Assembly: GCA_002245135.1 (NCBI GenBank)
Contig: NGBS01000880.1
Span: 62,001-126,000 of the forward strand
Direction of reading: 5' to 3'
From: Proteromonas lacertae
Lineage: Eukaryota
Length of the DNA stretch: 64,000 bases
In this document: in pieces, positions 1 to 11,918 of the stretch
Position numbering within the stretch: position 1 is the stretch's first letter
Layout: each line of letters opens with the position of its first letter
Translations under genes and position numbers: made by a program
The notes under the pieces: generated by a model
Seen by the model: only the letters and a program-made list of their open reading frames with translations
Databases searched by the model: none
Told to the model about the DNA's origin: nothing

Positions 1-707
1 TAGCAGGAGGATATTATGGTGGTGCAAGAAGAGGTGATATCAATACAACGCCAGTTAACACAAATCCCCAATATTTACATAATATTTTTGAAGATTATCA
101 AATTAATCCAGAAGAGAATAGAATGACTATAGATAAAAAGGAAAGAGCTAGTTTAGATGAAGCAGAAGAAACTCAAGTAGATCAAGATGTTACAAATGAT
201 GTTAGTAATAATTGGCAACCACAAGAATCACATTATACTAAAGAATTAGATAAGAGTGAAATGCTTAAAACAGCACAAAGAACAGATAATGATGATTCTA
301 AAGCCTCTTTAGAAAATGATAACATTAATATTCAACCTCCAGAAGAACAAGCTCGTCCACCGCCTCCTCCTCCAGTGCAAGTTAATGAAGATGATGATAT
401 TCTTCCTACAACAGTTAAAAGAGGAAGAGTAGATGATGACAATAATGAAGATGTTCAAGAAAATAAAAAGAGAAGAATAGTTTATAATGATGAAGGAGAT
501 GTTATCCGAGATGATGTAAATGGTAATGAACAAATAGATGATAATGATCAAATGGATGAAGATGATGATTTAGATGATCCTAATATCCAACCTCAAGATG
601 TATTCGCAGAAGAGGATAATAGACAAAAAAGAAAACGAAGTGAAGCTGTTTTTGATGAGGATGATGTAAATGAAGAACCAATAAAAAGAGTTAAAATAAA
701 ACATTAA
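1..707 (+). CDS. Acidic low-complexity protein in viral block A, 5' end beyond window; putative virion protein
   Basis: Frame is open from position 3 (AGGYYGGARRGD...) into ORF 123-707; carries GG motifs like neighbouring core proteins; convergent with the protease. Confidence 0.45.
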   Translation, partial: AGGYYGGARRGDINTTPVNTNPQYLHNIFEDYQINPEENRMTIDKKERASLDEAEETQVDQDVTNDVSNNWQPQESHYTKELDKSEMLKTAQRTDNDDSKASLENDNINIQPPEEQARPPPPPPVQVNEDDDILPTTVKRGRVDDDNNEDVQENKKRRIVYNDEGDVIRDDVNGNEQIDDNDQMDEDDDLDDPNIQPQDVFAEEDNRQKRKRSEAVFDEDDVNEEPIKRVKIKH

Positions 708-713
708 TTATTA

Positions 714-1211
714 TTATATTTTTCTAAACTTGTTGGCTAATAACCTTGCTCTTTCCTCTCCTTTTACTTTATTGAAATTTGTTGCATCAACGAATGATAG
801 GTTATGCAATAAAATATCTCTTAAAAATAAAATAGCATGATATCCACAAGTGGACGTTGTTATCCTTTGATTAACAACTCCATTTATTTTCAGCTTATAA
901 TCTTGTTGAGGATCTGCTTTAAGATGCTTGATATACTTAACAAAGGACTTGGTATGTTCTGGCTTTTCTCCAAAACTATCATAATAAAGGAATTGATGTT
1001 TATCATTATCAATTACCAAACTTACCCAATGACCAATCTTTTCAGGAGGATCCTTCCTCTTCAAAGTACATATTATTACTCCCCACTTATTCAAATCCAG
1101 TTTAGGAATACTCTTGATTTCATCCCATAAAAATACTCCCCCAAATCTACTTAACATTTCAGGAAAGTTTGATTTTATTACTTTAGGAATATCATAGTTA
1201 GATAAAGCCAT
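714..1211 (-). CDS. Adenain-like (Polinton PRO) cysteine maturation protease
   Basis: Catalytic His (IGHWVSL), Asp (YYDSFG), oxyanion Gln and Cys (NQRITTSTCGYH); N-terminal F.GVF..D motif. Confidence 0.9.
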   Translation of the reverse strand: MALSNYDIPKVIKSNFPEMLSRFGGVFLWDEIKSIPKLDLNKWGVIICTLKRKDPPEKIGHWVSLVIDNDKHQFLYYDSFGEKPEHTKSFVKYIKHLKADPQQDYKLKINGVVNQRITTSTCGYHAILFLRDILLHNLSFVDATNFNKVKGEERARLLANKFRKI

Positions 1212-1357
1212 ATCATATGGTTTCTTGGATTTTTCACCATGTCCATATACTCTGTTATTAGTAAAGCATAAACGTAGTTCATCCTAAAAATTGCAAGAAA
1301 ATGAGAAATGAATTCATTTTTAATTTTCTATTCATATTTGAAAACAATCAATCACAT

Positions 1358-1750
1358 ATGAGTGTTTTAGGTGGGCGTAAACGACGTTATCGAAGAGGTA
1401 GATCCGTTTCAAGAAGAGGACGAAGAGGAAGATCAAGTGGAAGGTACAAGTTTGGCTTGATGGGTAAACTTATAAGACATGAAGTACCGAATACAATGTT
1501 TCGAGGATTGAAGAAAGGAAAAGGAAAAGTAACTGAAGTTGCAAGCAAAGCTTTAGATATCATGAAGGTATTAGGGTTAGGAAAAGTAAGAGGAGGAATA
1601 AGATTTGGTGTAAATGGAGGTAGAAGACGTAGAAGAAGAGGCAGTCGAGCAAGAAGACATAGACATCGTACATACTGTATAAAAGGAGGAGCGCATACAA
1701 GTATTCCTATGAAATTAAATAATTTCCTTTTAAGTAAAATCTCATCTTAA
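1358..1750 (+). CDS. Arg-rich core-like protein with repeated GG protease sites
   Basis: MSVLGG|RKRR..., KVRGG|I, GVNGG|RRRRRR, CIKGG|A; ATG at 1358; similar to 22801-23121. Confidence 0.75.
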   Translation: MSVLGGRKRRYRRGRSVSRRGRRGRSSGRYKFGLMGKLIRHEVPNTMFRGLKKGKGKVTEVASKALDIMKVLGLGKVRGGIRFGVNGGRRRRRRGSRARRHRHRTYCIKGGAHTSIPMKLNNFLLSKISS

Positions 1751-1790
1751 ATTTTTATTATTATTTTTATTTTTGTTTTTCTATATAAAA

Positions 1791-2294
1791 ATGAATCCAT
1801 ATTACAATAACAATAGAAATCAATCATATTATCAGAATTACGATGATGGATTTTATGATGATTATTACGATGATGATGACTATTTATCTAAAAGTGCTCA
1901 AATAGACTTACAAATACTAAGTCAATTACAAGGATTGAACAGTGCATTTCAAACAGCATCTACTGCTCCTAGGAGAAAGCTTACATCAGAACAATATAAG
2001 AATAGGATTAAAAGTTTGGAAAAAGCTCGAAAAGCAAAAAAGGAAAAAACTAAAAAAACTGCTCCAAAAAAGAAAATTGTAGAAGTAAGTTCAAGTGAGG
2101 ATGAGGACGAAGAATCTAAAAAGTCAGTAGAGAGTGAAGGATCAGATGAAGAGGAAATTACAGAAAAGAAATCCTCTGATAAAAGCAAATTAAAGGATCC
2201 TCCAAAGAATGCTCCAATTGGTGAAGCCAAAGTAGAAAAAATTAACGGAATTATTATAGATCCTAGTAAGGAAGCATTTGCTCCATTTTATTAA
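1791..2294 (+). CDS. Hypothetical viral protein (acidic/Lys-rich); positional counterpart of 22152-22688
   Basis: ORF; C-terminus ING...PFY resembles ING...PYYI just past the 22152 ORF; same gene order. Confidence 0.5.
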   Translation: MNPYYNNNRNQSYYQNYDDGFYDDYYDDDDYLSKSAQIDLQILSQLQGLNSAFQTASTAPRRKLTSEQYKNRIKSLEKARKAKKEKTKKTAPKKKIVEVSSSEDEDEESKKSVESEGSDEEEITEKKSSDKSKLKDPPKNAPIGEAKVEKINGIIIDPSKEAFAPFY

Positions 2295-2334
2295 AATTTA
2301 TATTTTTAATTCATTTTTGTTTTTCTTGGGTAAT

Positions 2335-2928
2335 ATGAAAAAATCAAATATTATTAACAAATTGATCACTGAATTAGCAAAAAGAGTATCTTCTAGGATA
2401 GGCAAGAGATCTCATAAAAGAAAATACAAAAGAAAATTAAATAAAAGTTTCAAGAGATTAGCATATGATATGGATGCTCCTGAATTAGTATACAATGTTA
2501 ACCAATCTAGATTGGATCATTTACAAGGAATGCAATTTGATAGCCAATTACAGAAAATAAATGAACTGAAAAACAACTTAATAGATATTAATAAAAAAAT
2601 AACAGACTATGAAGGAATGGAATCTCTACCAGTTAATGAGGATAATAAAGATGAAATCTTCAAAAGAGAGCAAGAAATGATAAAATTAAATTTAGGAAAA
2701 CAAAGATTAGAAAATCAATTGAAGATGATGAAAGGAGGATTTATGTTTGGAGCTTCTGATCCTCTAACAAGAAGTGTTCCATATGGAAGGACAGGAAGTA
2801 TAAGAGATTCTTTATTACCAAGAATGTATGATCCTAAATCAATTCCTACAGGAGGATTAAATTATGATCCTTTAAAAGATGGAGTTGGAGATGCAGATAT
2901 AAGTAATTTTTTAAAAAGTAATTTTTAA
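2335..2928 (+). CDS. Hypothetical viral protein (basic N-terminus, coiled coil, GG sites); counterpart of 21447-22013
   Basis: Basic N-terminus, central coiled coil, MMKGG|F, PTGG|L; syntenic with block C. Confidence 0.55.
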   Translation: MKKSNIINKLITELAKRVSSRIGKRSHKRKYKRKLNKSFKRLAYDMDAPELVYNVNQSRLDHLQGMQFDSQLQKINELKNNLIDINKKITDYEGMESLPVNEDNKDEIFKREQEMIKLNLGKQRLENQLKMMKGGFMFGASDPLTRSVPYGRTGSIRDSLLPRMYDPKSIPTGGLNYDPLKDGVGDADISNFLKSNF

Positions 2929-3204
2929 TTCTTATTATATTTTGTTTATAGCAGACAACATGGAGGAAAGATTAAAGAATTGGAAGATTCGCATTTATTA
3001 CGGTTGTAGCGATATTCATTTCAATTTTCTATACCATGGAAATGAAATAGAATTATCAGTACCTACCAAAACTGAACCGAAAGTAGAAGGACCAGTTTCT
3101 GAAGATCAAATAATAATGAGGCATTTATTCTAAAAAGGATTTTGATCTTATTTGTGTTTATTTTCTTGGGTTTATTTCATTTTCATTTTTCTTTCTATTT
3201 TCTT

Positions 3205-3602
3205 ATGAAACAGGATAATCTTGACTATATTGATTTTGGGTTGTTTGAAAATATAAATAAGAGGAAATGGTGGGATATGGAGGAAATTTCTATATATCTC
3301 ATGAATAATGTAAGTTAGATGAATATTATGAGGATTATAAGTTATGTGTGGAGGAATATAAAGATTATTTACAATATGTTAAAAAGAAGAAAAACAAGAA
3401 GAAGGAAGAAAATATTCCTCAATCATTAGAGAGACTCCAAATGAGCATTGAGGATAGCCGATCCTCCTATCAAAGGAAACATGCGGAAATTGCGGAAAGG
3501 ATTTGGAAGATAAGGAACATATCGATTATCTGCTTGATTTTAGATTACGACAAAGAAAAGGAAGAAGAAAGGAAAAATGTAAAGAAAAGGAAAACAATTT
3601 GA
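3205..3602 (+). pseudogene. Frameshifted hypothetical ORF in viral block A
   Basis: MKQDNLDY... frame joins ORF 3348-3602 via a one-base shift near 3317. Confidence 0.35.
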
Positions 3603-3698
3603 TTGGTTAATTTGAATTTTACTAATTTCTTGATTTTATTTTAATTAAGTATTTTCTAAAACTTTTTGAAAACTTATCATAAATTTAAAAATCAAAAA

Positions 3699-4415
3699 AT
3701 GAATTCCGATTTACAAGATGATATGAACATAAGTTCATTTCCTAGTTCACCAAAGGTTGCTGCTCCTCCTCCACTCATTATTCCTCAATTAGATGAATCT
3801 AAGGTACTTACAAAAGAGAATTTTGATGACTTTATTTTTAGCAACTCTCATTTTTGGGATATTATGGTGAATCATACAAGAAGTATGACAGAGATCCTTT
3901 TAAGAAATCTTATTGATGGATTAAGCTTATACAGGATAGCAAATGCAAGACAAGAGGATTTTATTGATTTCCTCTCTGCTTGGAAATCAAAAATTCCTTT
4001 ATCAGATTTTAAAATAGGAATTAATCCTATCGAACCATTTGCAGATGATGATGATAAAGTCATTCCTATTCCTAAAAAGAAGAAGGAATCAGCTCCGGTA
4101 CCAGAAGGATCACAAAAGTGTTCTACATGCAACAAAATCCTTCCTTTGGAAAACTTTGCAACAAAGCCAAACGGTGACAAAAACAAAAGTTGTGAAAGAT
4201 GTCGCTTAAAAAAGAAGGAGTATTATGATAAACAAAGACAACAAAAGAAACAAAGAAATGTTAAAGAGGAAGATTCAAGTAGTGGAAAAGTAAAAATTAA
4301 ATTATGTCCTAAACCAGCTCCAAAGAAAAGAAAGATTGATGTTGTCATTCCTTCTGCAATGGATGAGGATCCTGATGATGATGAGGAAATAGATAGTGAG
4401 GAAATGGAAATATAA
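3699..4415 (+). CDS. Hypothetical protein with CxxC...CxxC zinc ribbon and acidic tail
   Basis: KCSTCNK...NKSCERCR followed by a Lys-rich region. Confidence 0.6.
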   Translation: MNSDLQDDMNISSFPSSPKVAAPPPLIIPQLDESKVLTKENFDDFIFSNSHFWDIMVNHTRSMTEILLRNLIDGLSLYRIANARQEDFIDFLSAWKSKIPLSDFKIGINPIEPFADDDDKVIPIPKKKKESAPVPEGSQKCSTCNKILPLENFATKPNGDKNKSCERCRLKKKEYYDKQRQQKKQRNVKEEDSSSGKVKIKLCPKPAPKKRKIDVVIPSAMDEDPDDDEEIDSEEMEI

Positions 4416-4477
4416 ATTCTAATATTAATCTTTATTTTCATATTTCTTGTTGTTTTTAGAATATATATATATTCAAA

Positions 4478-4885
4478 ATGCCTAGATATAGAATTAATAC
4501 TTTTTCATTAAAAGCAAATAATGTTGGACCTGTAGTTTGTAAATTATACAGGTATATGGTAATAGATAGAGGAAATACATATCAGCTTATATGGTATATC
4601 AAATTTAATCCTCAAGTATTACAGAATATTATTATGGGTGGAGATAGATGGATTCATGTAATACCATATCGTACTAGCGATGTTAATGATGAACCAGAAT
4701 TATGGTTTATTGGAACCGGAATGAGATCTATGCAACTTGATTTACCTGAATTAATCTTTAATCCAACTCCTAATCCTCCAATTTTGCTTCGTGGAAATCT
4801 TAACGTAACACAAAGAAGATATTTACAGCTTCATTTATTATATGATCCTTTAGATGAAGATGATGATGATGATGATGATGAATAA
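4478..4885 (+). CDS. Hypothetical protein, poly-Asp tail
   Basis: Clean 135-aa ORF with AAAATG start and T-rich flanks typical of the block. Confidence 0.55.
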   Translation: MPRYRINTFSLKANNVGPVVCKLYRYMVIDRGNTYQLIWYIKFNPQVLQNIIMGGDRWIHVIPYRTSDVNDEPELWFIGTGMRSMQLDLPELIFNPTPNPPILLRGNLNVTQRRYLQLHLLYDPLDEDDDDDDDE

Positions 4886-4951
4886 AACAATAATTAATTT
4901 CATTTTTAATTTTCTTGTTGTTTTTGTATATTATACTCTCATAATTACAAA

Positions 4952-5275
4952 ATGTTATCAAAAAATAATGAGACTGTCTTAGAGACAAATGTTGAGGAAA
5001 TCAAGGAAAGTATAGGAATCCTCTTAGTATATGTCATCCTTTGGGTTGTAACAGAAGTCATCAAAATTGTATATTATACTTATAAAGCATATTGTCCTCC
5101 TAATGTCATTGAAGTTGTGGAGGAAATTCAGCATAATTTAGGAAGTGCAAATAAGAAGGATGAAGAAGAGGATGTTATTGAAGAAAATGAGGAATTATCC
5201 TCCATAAACAAGACATATAGAACAAGCAGTGGAAGATTACACTATCCTCCGTCAAAATTCTCTAATACAATTTAG
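4952..5275 (+). CDS. Small single-TM hypothetical protein
   Basis: Hydrophobic IGILLVYVILWVVTEVI segment; acidic C-terminal part. Confidence 0.5.
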   Translation: MLSKNNETVLETNVEEIKESIGILLVYVILWVVTEVIKIVYYTYKAYCPPNVIEVVEEIQHNLGSANKKDEEEDVIEENEELSSINKTYRTSSGRLHYPPSKFSNTI

Positions 5276-5492
5276 AGGATATTATTAAATATTTTAAATC
5301 ATTAATAACATATTTTTTCTAAGTTCCTATTTTTGGGTTATTAAAAAATCCTCTATTTTTATAAAAAGTAACGGTTTTGATGACGCGCTTAAATCCTCCA
5401 ATCATAATCGACCGTTACTTTTTAAGTAAATTTGCCGTTACTTTTCATTCGGAGTTTTCCTAACATTTTTTATGGTTAGAAATTATATAAAA

Positions 5493-6845
5493 ATGAGTAT
5501 AAATACTGCTGAATTTTTAAAGTTAACAGTTGCTACAGCTGATGCAACTAAGTATAGATTCATTTATAATATAATGCAGGACTTTTGCAAAGTTCCTAGG
5601 AAGTAAACCATTCTATCCTAGTGAAAAATGGAGCAAGGAGGATGATGCTGTTGTGAGAGGATTATACTCTCAACTTGGTGCATTTATTAATCAACTAAAT
5701 GCCAATCCTGCTGGAGTATATTTTGTATTATATTTGCAATAGACTTGGAAACATTATGAAATGGAGGAAAAGGAGGAAAGTGAAAAAGATGAGAAAGAGG
5801 AAAAGGAAGAAATGGAGGAAAAGGAAGAAATGGAGGAAAAGGAGGAAATGAAGGAAAAGGAGGAAAAGGAGGAAAGTGAAAAAGAGGAAAGTAAGAAAAG
5901 TCCTGAGGTATATTTGATTATTTATATATACATAGAAATGGATGCTTGAAAAAGAGGAATTCCTCAAAGAACTTAAAGAAATCAGGGATGAAGATCTTGA
6001 AGAAAGTGATAAAGAGGATAAAAATGAAAAAGATTGCTGTGCAGTAAAAGGCAAAAATTATGAAAAGATGTCACAAATGAAAAGGAAAGAAAACAACATT
6101 TTGAAGATCCTACACCTCCAGAGCTTCCTCCAAAACCAAAATCAGATCCTATTAAAGAGATGTTACAAAAAACATCAATACTGAATAAGTTTAATGTCAA
6201 AAAGATATATAAATCCTCTCCTGAAACAATTCCTCCAAAGGATCTTAGCAAATTGAAGAAAGTCAAAGAAGTTGTAAAAGAAATTGAAAAGGAGGATATT
6301 CCTCAGATTATAGTATCAGAAAGTGATACAGATTCAGATGATGAAAAAGTAATTGTAGCAAAGAAGAGAAAAATTAATCCTAAGAATATAGATATTATGA
6401 AGCAAAAGCAAAGAAAAGTAAATACTCTAGATACATCCAAAAATTATACAGATGCTGACCTATTCGATATGATCCTCCAAAAAAAGTATCCTATACAGGA
6501 ATGGTACAACCATGGATTATTAGTCAAATATATAAATATTATTGGTATTAATACTTGCAAATACTTAAAGAATGAATTATTAAAATATAAAAAGAATCAG
6601 ATGAACAAGGCTTATAAAAAGTCAGATAGAATGGACGAAATATTAAAAGAGATGAGCAATATAAATCAACTGATGTAAAGCAGTTTCCTGATAAAGAAAG
6701 CTACAAAAAGCAGTATAATGACTTAAAGAAAGTTAAAGATGATTATGAAGATGAGATTGATGAAATACAGAAAGATGTAGAGAAAGTCAAAGAAGGTTTA
6801 AAGCCAGTGGAACAAAGGATCAAAGATCTGGAAAAATCACATTAA
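5493..6845 (+). pseudogene. Spliced hypothetical gene (introns 5552-5579, 5716-5742, 5908-5935) with MEEKEE repeats; later frameshifts near 6060 and 6660
   Basis: Removing three GT..AG introns of 28, 27 and 28 nt joins ATG 5493 to ORFs 5761 and 5942 in one stop-free frame. Confidence 0.7.
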
Positions 6846-6991
6846 TTAAATCATAATAATAATTATATTATGATTCTGTTTTTCCTCTATACTAAAAAGC
6901 ATAATTATATTGTTATAAACAATTTCATTTTGTTCTATATTTTTAATAAATAACATAAAAATAATCAAGCGAAGGAAAAATGAAAAAATAA

Positions 6992-7100
6992 GATGTCGAA
7001 GAAGCGTCTGCACCGACATCGGTCGCTGCGCGACCCTATTGACCCCCCTATCGGCGGAACCGCTTAACGGCGGAATACACATATATATATATATACATAT
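6992..7100. other. GC-rich multi-hairpin patch followed by (AT)n; possible end of viral block A
   Basis: GATGTCG..CGACATC, GGTCGC..GCGACC and GCGG..CCGC stems in an otherwise AT-rich background. Confidence 0.4.
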
Positions 7101-7249
7101 CAATTTATATATTATACTTCATAATAAAAAATAAACTTTGCATATTTTGATTGATATGTTTCTAAACAGAAGTTTGGTATTAATCATATTAGAAGTAGAA
7201 ATCATCATTTTCATATATACAATACTAAAATTATCAAAAAAGTATATTG

Positions 7250-7570
7250 CAGACATAGGTTATATGACAAAGTAAGTGTAACAATTTTTTATCAAAATAA
7301 GTAAGAATATGCATTTAGTTTGTTTCTAAAGTCTCAAATCGCTCAACTGGGAGTTGTACTCAACGGGGAACAACAGATGCTTAAAAAAAATATATCACAG
7401 ATGTTGCTTATATGCCAAAGCAAGATTATATTTGAATATAACTCACTACCAAACCCTCTACTGTCGAATTAAAAATGTAAAAATAAAAATCTAGTTCAAG
7501 CCTCTTTCAAGCCTACTTTTTCAATTTCAATATTATGTATAAAGAAATTAAAATTATTATATTCTATTCA
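7250..7570. repeat. Degenerate pieces of the TGT...ACA MITE family
   Basis: Visible similarity to 29930-30200. Confidence 0.5.
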
Positions 7571-7829
7571 TCTAAAACTTTAATATCGTTTTCTACTACA
7601 GTCAAATACATTTACCTTGAATTCTTATAATTTGAACCATTTTTCTTTCAAAGTTTTTGAATTTATAACATTCTCTACAAGTATTTCTATCACAGTTTTG
7701 GTTTTATTGTTATTTCACCTTTCGGACTTATACTTACACAGTTTATATCACCAAACATTCCTTCATTTGGGTTACTTTCGAAATTGTAAGTACATAAACT
7801 ACAATTGATTATTTTTATACTCTTATTAT

Positions 7830-10800
7830 TATCTAATGTTGTTGGTTGGAATGGAACTTCTAATACTTGACTCTTTTGATATAAACAATTCGCTGTTATA
7901 TCTCTTTCAGCTTCATTGTTTGAGATTATTAAAGTTGTAACAGCTGGTCTTGAACTTACTCTATCACTTTATCATGCAATGTATAACCTTCACCTTTCAC
8001 ATTCAAATTCAATTTAGATGGTTTCTTATGGATTTGTAATGAGATGTTTGTTGAGAAATGTAATTCATCTGTTGGAGCAAATGTCACTGCAATTGGAACA
8101 CTTCCATTTGGAGGAATTGATCCAGTGGATGGTTCAATCTTTACTGTAGAATCAGATCCAATTTGACTTTCATCAAATGTATTAGCAAATGGAATATGAA
8201 CATTATTAACTAATTGGATTATCTTTGTATTTGTTCGATGCAATAAAACTGCATTGAAATTCACTGCTGGAGGATCTAAGAAGATTTTTGGTTCTTTTAC
8301 TACACCTGCTATTAAGAATAAAGCAGAAACTTTATGAGATGGAATATTAAATCGATAGAATGCTTCTTTGATTCCAGTTGCGGTTGGAGTAAATTCGAAT
8401 AGTAACATTTGTTTCTTACCAGACATTAATACACTTGTCTTTTGAACACATTCAAAAGCTTGATTTGGCATTCCAACTGGAATAAATTCAAATCCTAAAT
8501 TCTCACCTTCTGGATTTTCTACTCCAAATTTCATTGTATTCTTAACATGAGTTCCTAATGATTCGATTTCTATCACATGAATATCAGGATCTAAACTTCC
8601 ACCTAATTCACTATCTTGATTGAATAATCCATCACTTCTTCGACTTATATGATGACATGGAGGAATATCAAAATGGCATAAAGATCTCATCTAATGGTTC
8701 AAATAATACTTTAAAGTGTTGATTTTTACTTGGAGGAATACTGATTGTATCTGGTTCAATTTTGAATGGTATTGGTATTTCATCTATTTCAGCATTCGAA
8801 TTTATATTTCCATTTTCATTATCAAATGTCCAATGTAGATCTAATGGAGTTTCACTTTCATTTAATACATCAAATTCATATTCTCTCTTTTGATACATCA
8901 TAGTATCAGCAAAATTGATTGATTTACATTCACATTGATATTTTGCTGCATCTGCTCTTATACTACAATACAATGAAATTACATGTGGTTCTTCATTCTC
9001 ATTTACTAACTTGAAACTAGGTTTCAGCAATTGTTTCACATACTTCTATTGGTTCTACTACATCAGCTGCTAATGAGTTTCTTTTGTTAATTCTTTACTC
9101 CTTTTCCTCCTTTATTTGGGGTTTTGGATCTCGGTGGAGGAACTGCTTTTTTAGCTAGAGTTTTCTTTCCTTTTGCATTCTTGGCATTTTCTTTCTGTTT
9201 TTCTTCATTCTGTTTTTGCAATTGTAAATATTGTTCTTTTGTCACATATTTCACTGTTTTCATTGAATTATCCCAATCATTTATCACTTCTTCACCTTCT
9301 TCTTTACTTTCTTCTAATACAATTTCTTGAACTTCTACTGTCAATTCTTCTTTTTCTAATACCAATGCTTCTGTTGTTTTGAATGTACATGTCACATCTT
9401 TTGTTGTATGAGGATGCATATATCCACAAGATGGATTGAATCTGAATGGAGTATCATCTTGGAATTGGAACTTTATTAATTTATCACTCAAATTCTCTAT
9501 TTGGAATGAAACAGATTGACCATCTTTATTATTATTCTCACCTTCTACTCCATCTTCTTCATTATTTGTTATATAATATGGATAAAATTCCATTTCATTA
9601 TCTTTATCATTTGGTAAACCATTAAATCCTATCATATCTTCTAATCCTTCACCTTTCAATATAAATTCACTCTTCTCATATGGATTGTTTTGAACATACA
9701 ATGACATTGATAATTCATATTCTTTCTTTCCTTAAGGATTGTACAAAACTGTATATTCCACTTTCTTTTTTGGTTTTAAGGTTTGAACTTCACCTGCAAC
9801 AGGTCTTACACTGAATATACCACTTGTATCTAAATTCACATTACATTTTGCTGTTAATACACCACTATTCTGTATTAAGATCTTTTTACTTTTCTTTTTA
9901 CCACTTCTTTTCTTTCCAAAATCAATCATCAATCTTCCATCATCAGCTCTTGTCTTTGGATCAACAATTTGTAAAGATGGTAAAATACTTGAACCTCGAA
10001 CATCAAAATTCAATTCACCTGTCTTAGCATCAGAACTGTCTTTTACTTTCGCATTAAATGTTGCTTCATAACTACCAATCGATTGTGGTTTAAAGAAGAT
10101 TGTTACATATTGATATTCATGTGGTAGAATATCTACTGTTGGTGGAGATACACTGAAGATTTCTGGAGCTACACCTGCTTTGGGAGTTATTTAGAAACTT
10201 ACACTACATTGTATTCTTTAAATATTCGTTATTCTTATTCTCTGAGATATATCATCTGGTTGAGATGTTGGTATAACTGTTCCAACATAGAATAAATTAT
10301 CTTTTACACTGTAAATTGAAACATTTTGACTTGTATCTAATGTACTTAAATCATTCAATACAGTTTGTTCTTCAAATATTGAATCATAATTCTCAGTTTC
10401 GATGGATGGATAAACACTTTCACCTGTTAAGATATAAGTCAAATCTTTTGCTATATTTGGATCGATATAACTTATATTAAACATCAATTTCTCTAAAGCT
10501 GATTTATTGCCAACTGTTTCAATTTGGAATTCTGCAGGATTAATACCCAAATCACCTACTGTTAAAGCAGCTGCCATTTCTTTTTTATCTCCTTTCTTAC
10601 CTGGAAGAGATTTCTTTCGCACTGGTGGAGCTTTTTTACCTTTTCCTGCTAGTTCACTCGATGGTTGAGCTTCTTGACTCATATCAATTGGATTGTTTAT
10701 ATCACTAATCTTACACATAAATGGAAATTCACCATCATTCTTTATATTCAATTCTTTGGTTTTAGAATCATCAAAATGTAATGAACCAAATGATATACCT

Positions 10801-10910
10801 CCTGGAGGTAAACAGGAGATTTTACTATATACACTTCTTATAGATATACATATTGGAAATTCACTTATCACTATGATATGTTCCTTTATCCATTTTTCTT
10901 CTTTGTTCAT
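7830..10910 (-). pseudogene. HYDIN: HYDIN-like pseudogene fragment (tandem ASH/PapD-like Ig domains)
   Basis: Successive broken ORFs with repeated ASH-type motifs (I.P..G.I.P, .F.P., LxGEG), LCHFDIPP, GTVIP; many stops and frameshifts. Confidence 0.8.
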
Positions 10911-10955
10911 GAAACCTAACTAAATCTCCCGCTTGAAATTTTACTTTTTGGTAGT

Positions 10956-11859
10956 TTAGGTTGTATTTAAATTGTATTTAACTGATTCCATCAACATTCT
11001 GTTTGGCAGTTTAGGACTGTTGTATACTTCATTAGGTGTATAATCTCTCAAGCTTGATAAAGGTTTGTTATTATAATCATAAATAGTTTCTTGTACAATT
11101 TGGTCGAAACGTGATAACCATCTTTGATCAATGATTTCTCTTCTATCGTGTCTATCTATATTAGCTTGAAGCTCTGGTGCATCTACACCTAAATCAATTA
11201 AATGTTTATATAGCAATTTCTTTGCAAGACTTACCGATCTTTCCAATACCATTTCAATTCTATGTTCTGTTGGCATCTTTTGAAAGAATGTAATTCTTTC
11301 ATGATCTAATAATGGTTTGATTGCATTGAAACTAGTTTGCATATCACACAAGACACTTACTACACGTCTTTTAGATGCTACTTGAGAACCATCTTCATTT
11401 GTTTTATAATACCATGCTCTAAAAGCACTTTCAATACTTGGTCCTTTTTCATCACGTAATTGAATTGCCCATACTTTTCTAGAATTCAATTCTATCAAAT
11501 ATAAGTGAAGATGATAAGGTAAAAAGTAAACAACATCCATTTGGAAGTATCCAGGCTTCTAGATACTTAAGTATTTCTTCTTGCGTTAGTTTAATAAATT
11601 GTTTGTCACTTAAGTAGTAATACTTGTCATATAGCATATCTAAATATTCTCTATATTCATCAATCTGTTTGGATATTTCATCATTTTCATACGGATTTGG
11701 TCTTGGGTTATTCTGTATTGGCGGTGGTGCATTGTTAAAATTCCTCGCATAATTTTGCTCATCTCTTGAGTCAACATGCCTATAGCCTGGTGGCAACTCT
11801 TGAGCTGTATCTGGATTTGGGTAAGAGTAAGATTTATTATAAAAATAAGTAGCAAGCAT
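10956..11859 (-). pseudogene. Polinton-type retroviral-like (rve) integrase, frameshifted
   Basis: DDE pattern MDVV / VLCDMQTSF / VLERS; IELNSRKVWA; YNNKPLSSL..TP; frameshift near 11540. Confidence 0.8.
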
Positions 11860-11918
11860 AGGAAGAAAAACACAAAAGTAAAAGCATACACAAATATATT
11901 AAATATATCCATGTTATT

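Noticed and set aside
5761..5890. 18-bp tandem repeats as a CRISPR-like array
   Set aside because: No unique spacers; they encode in-frame MEEKEE repeats
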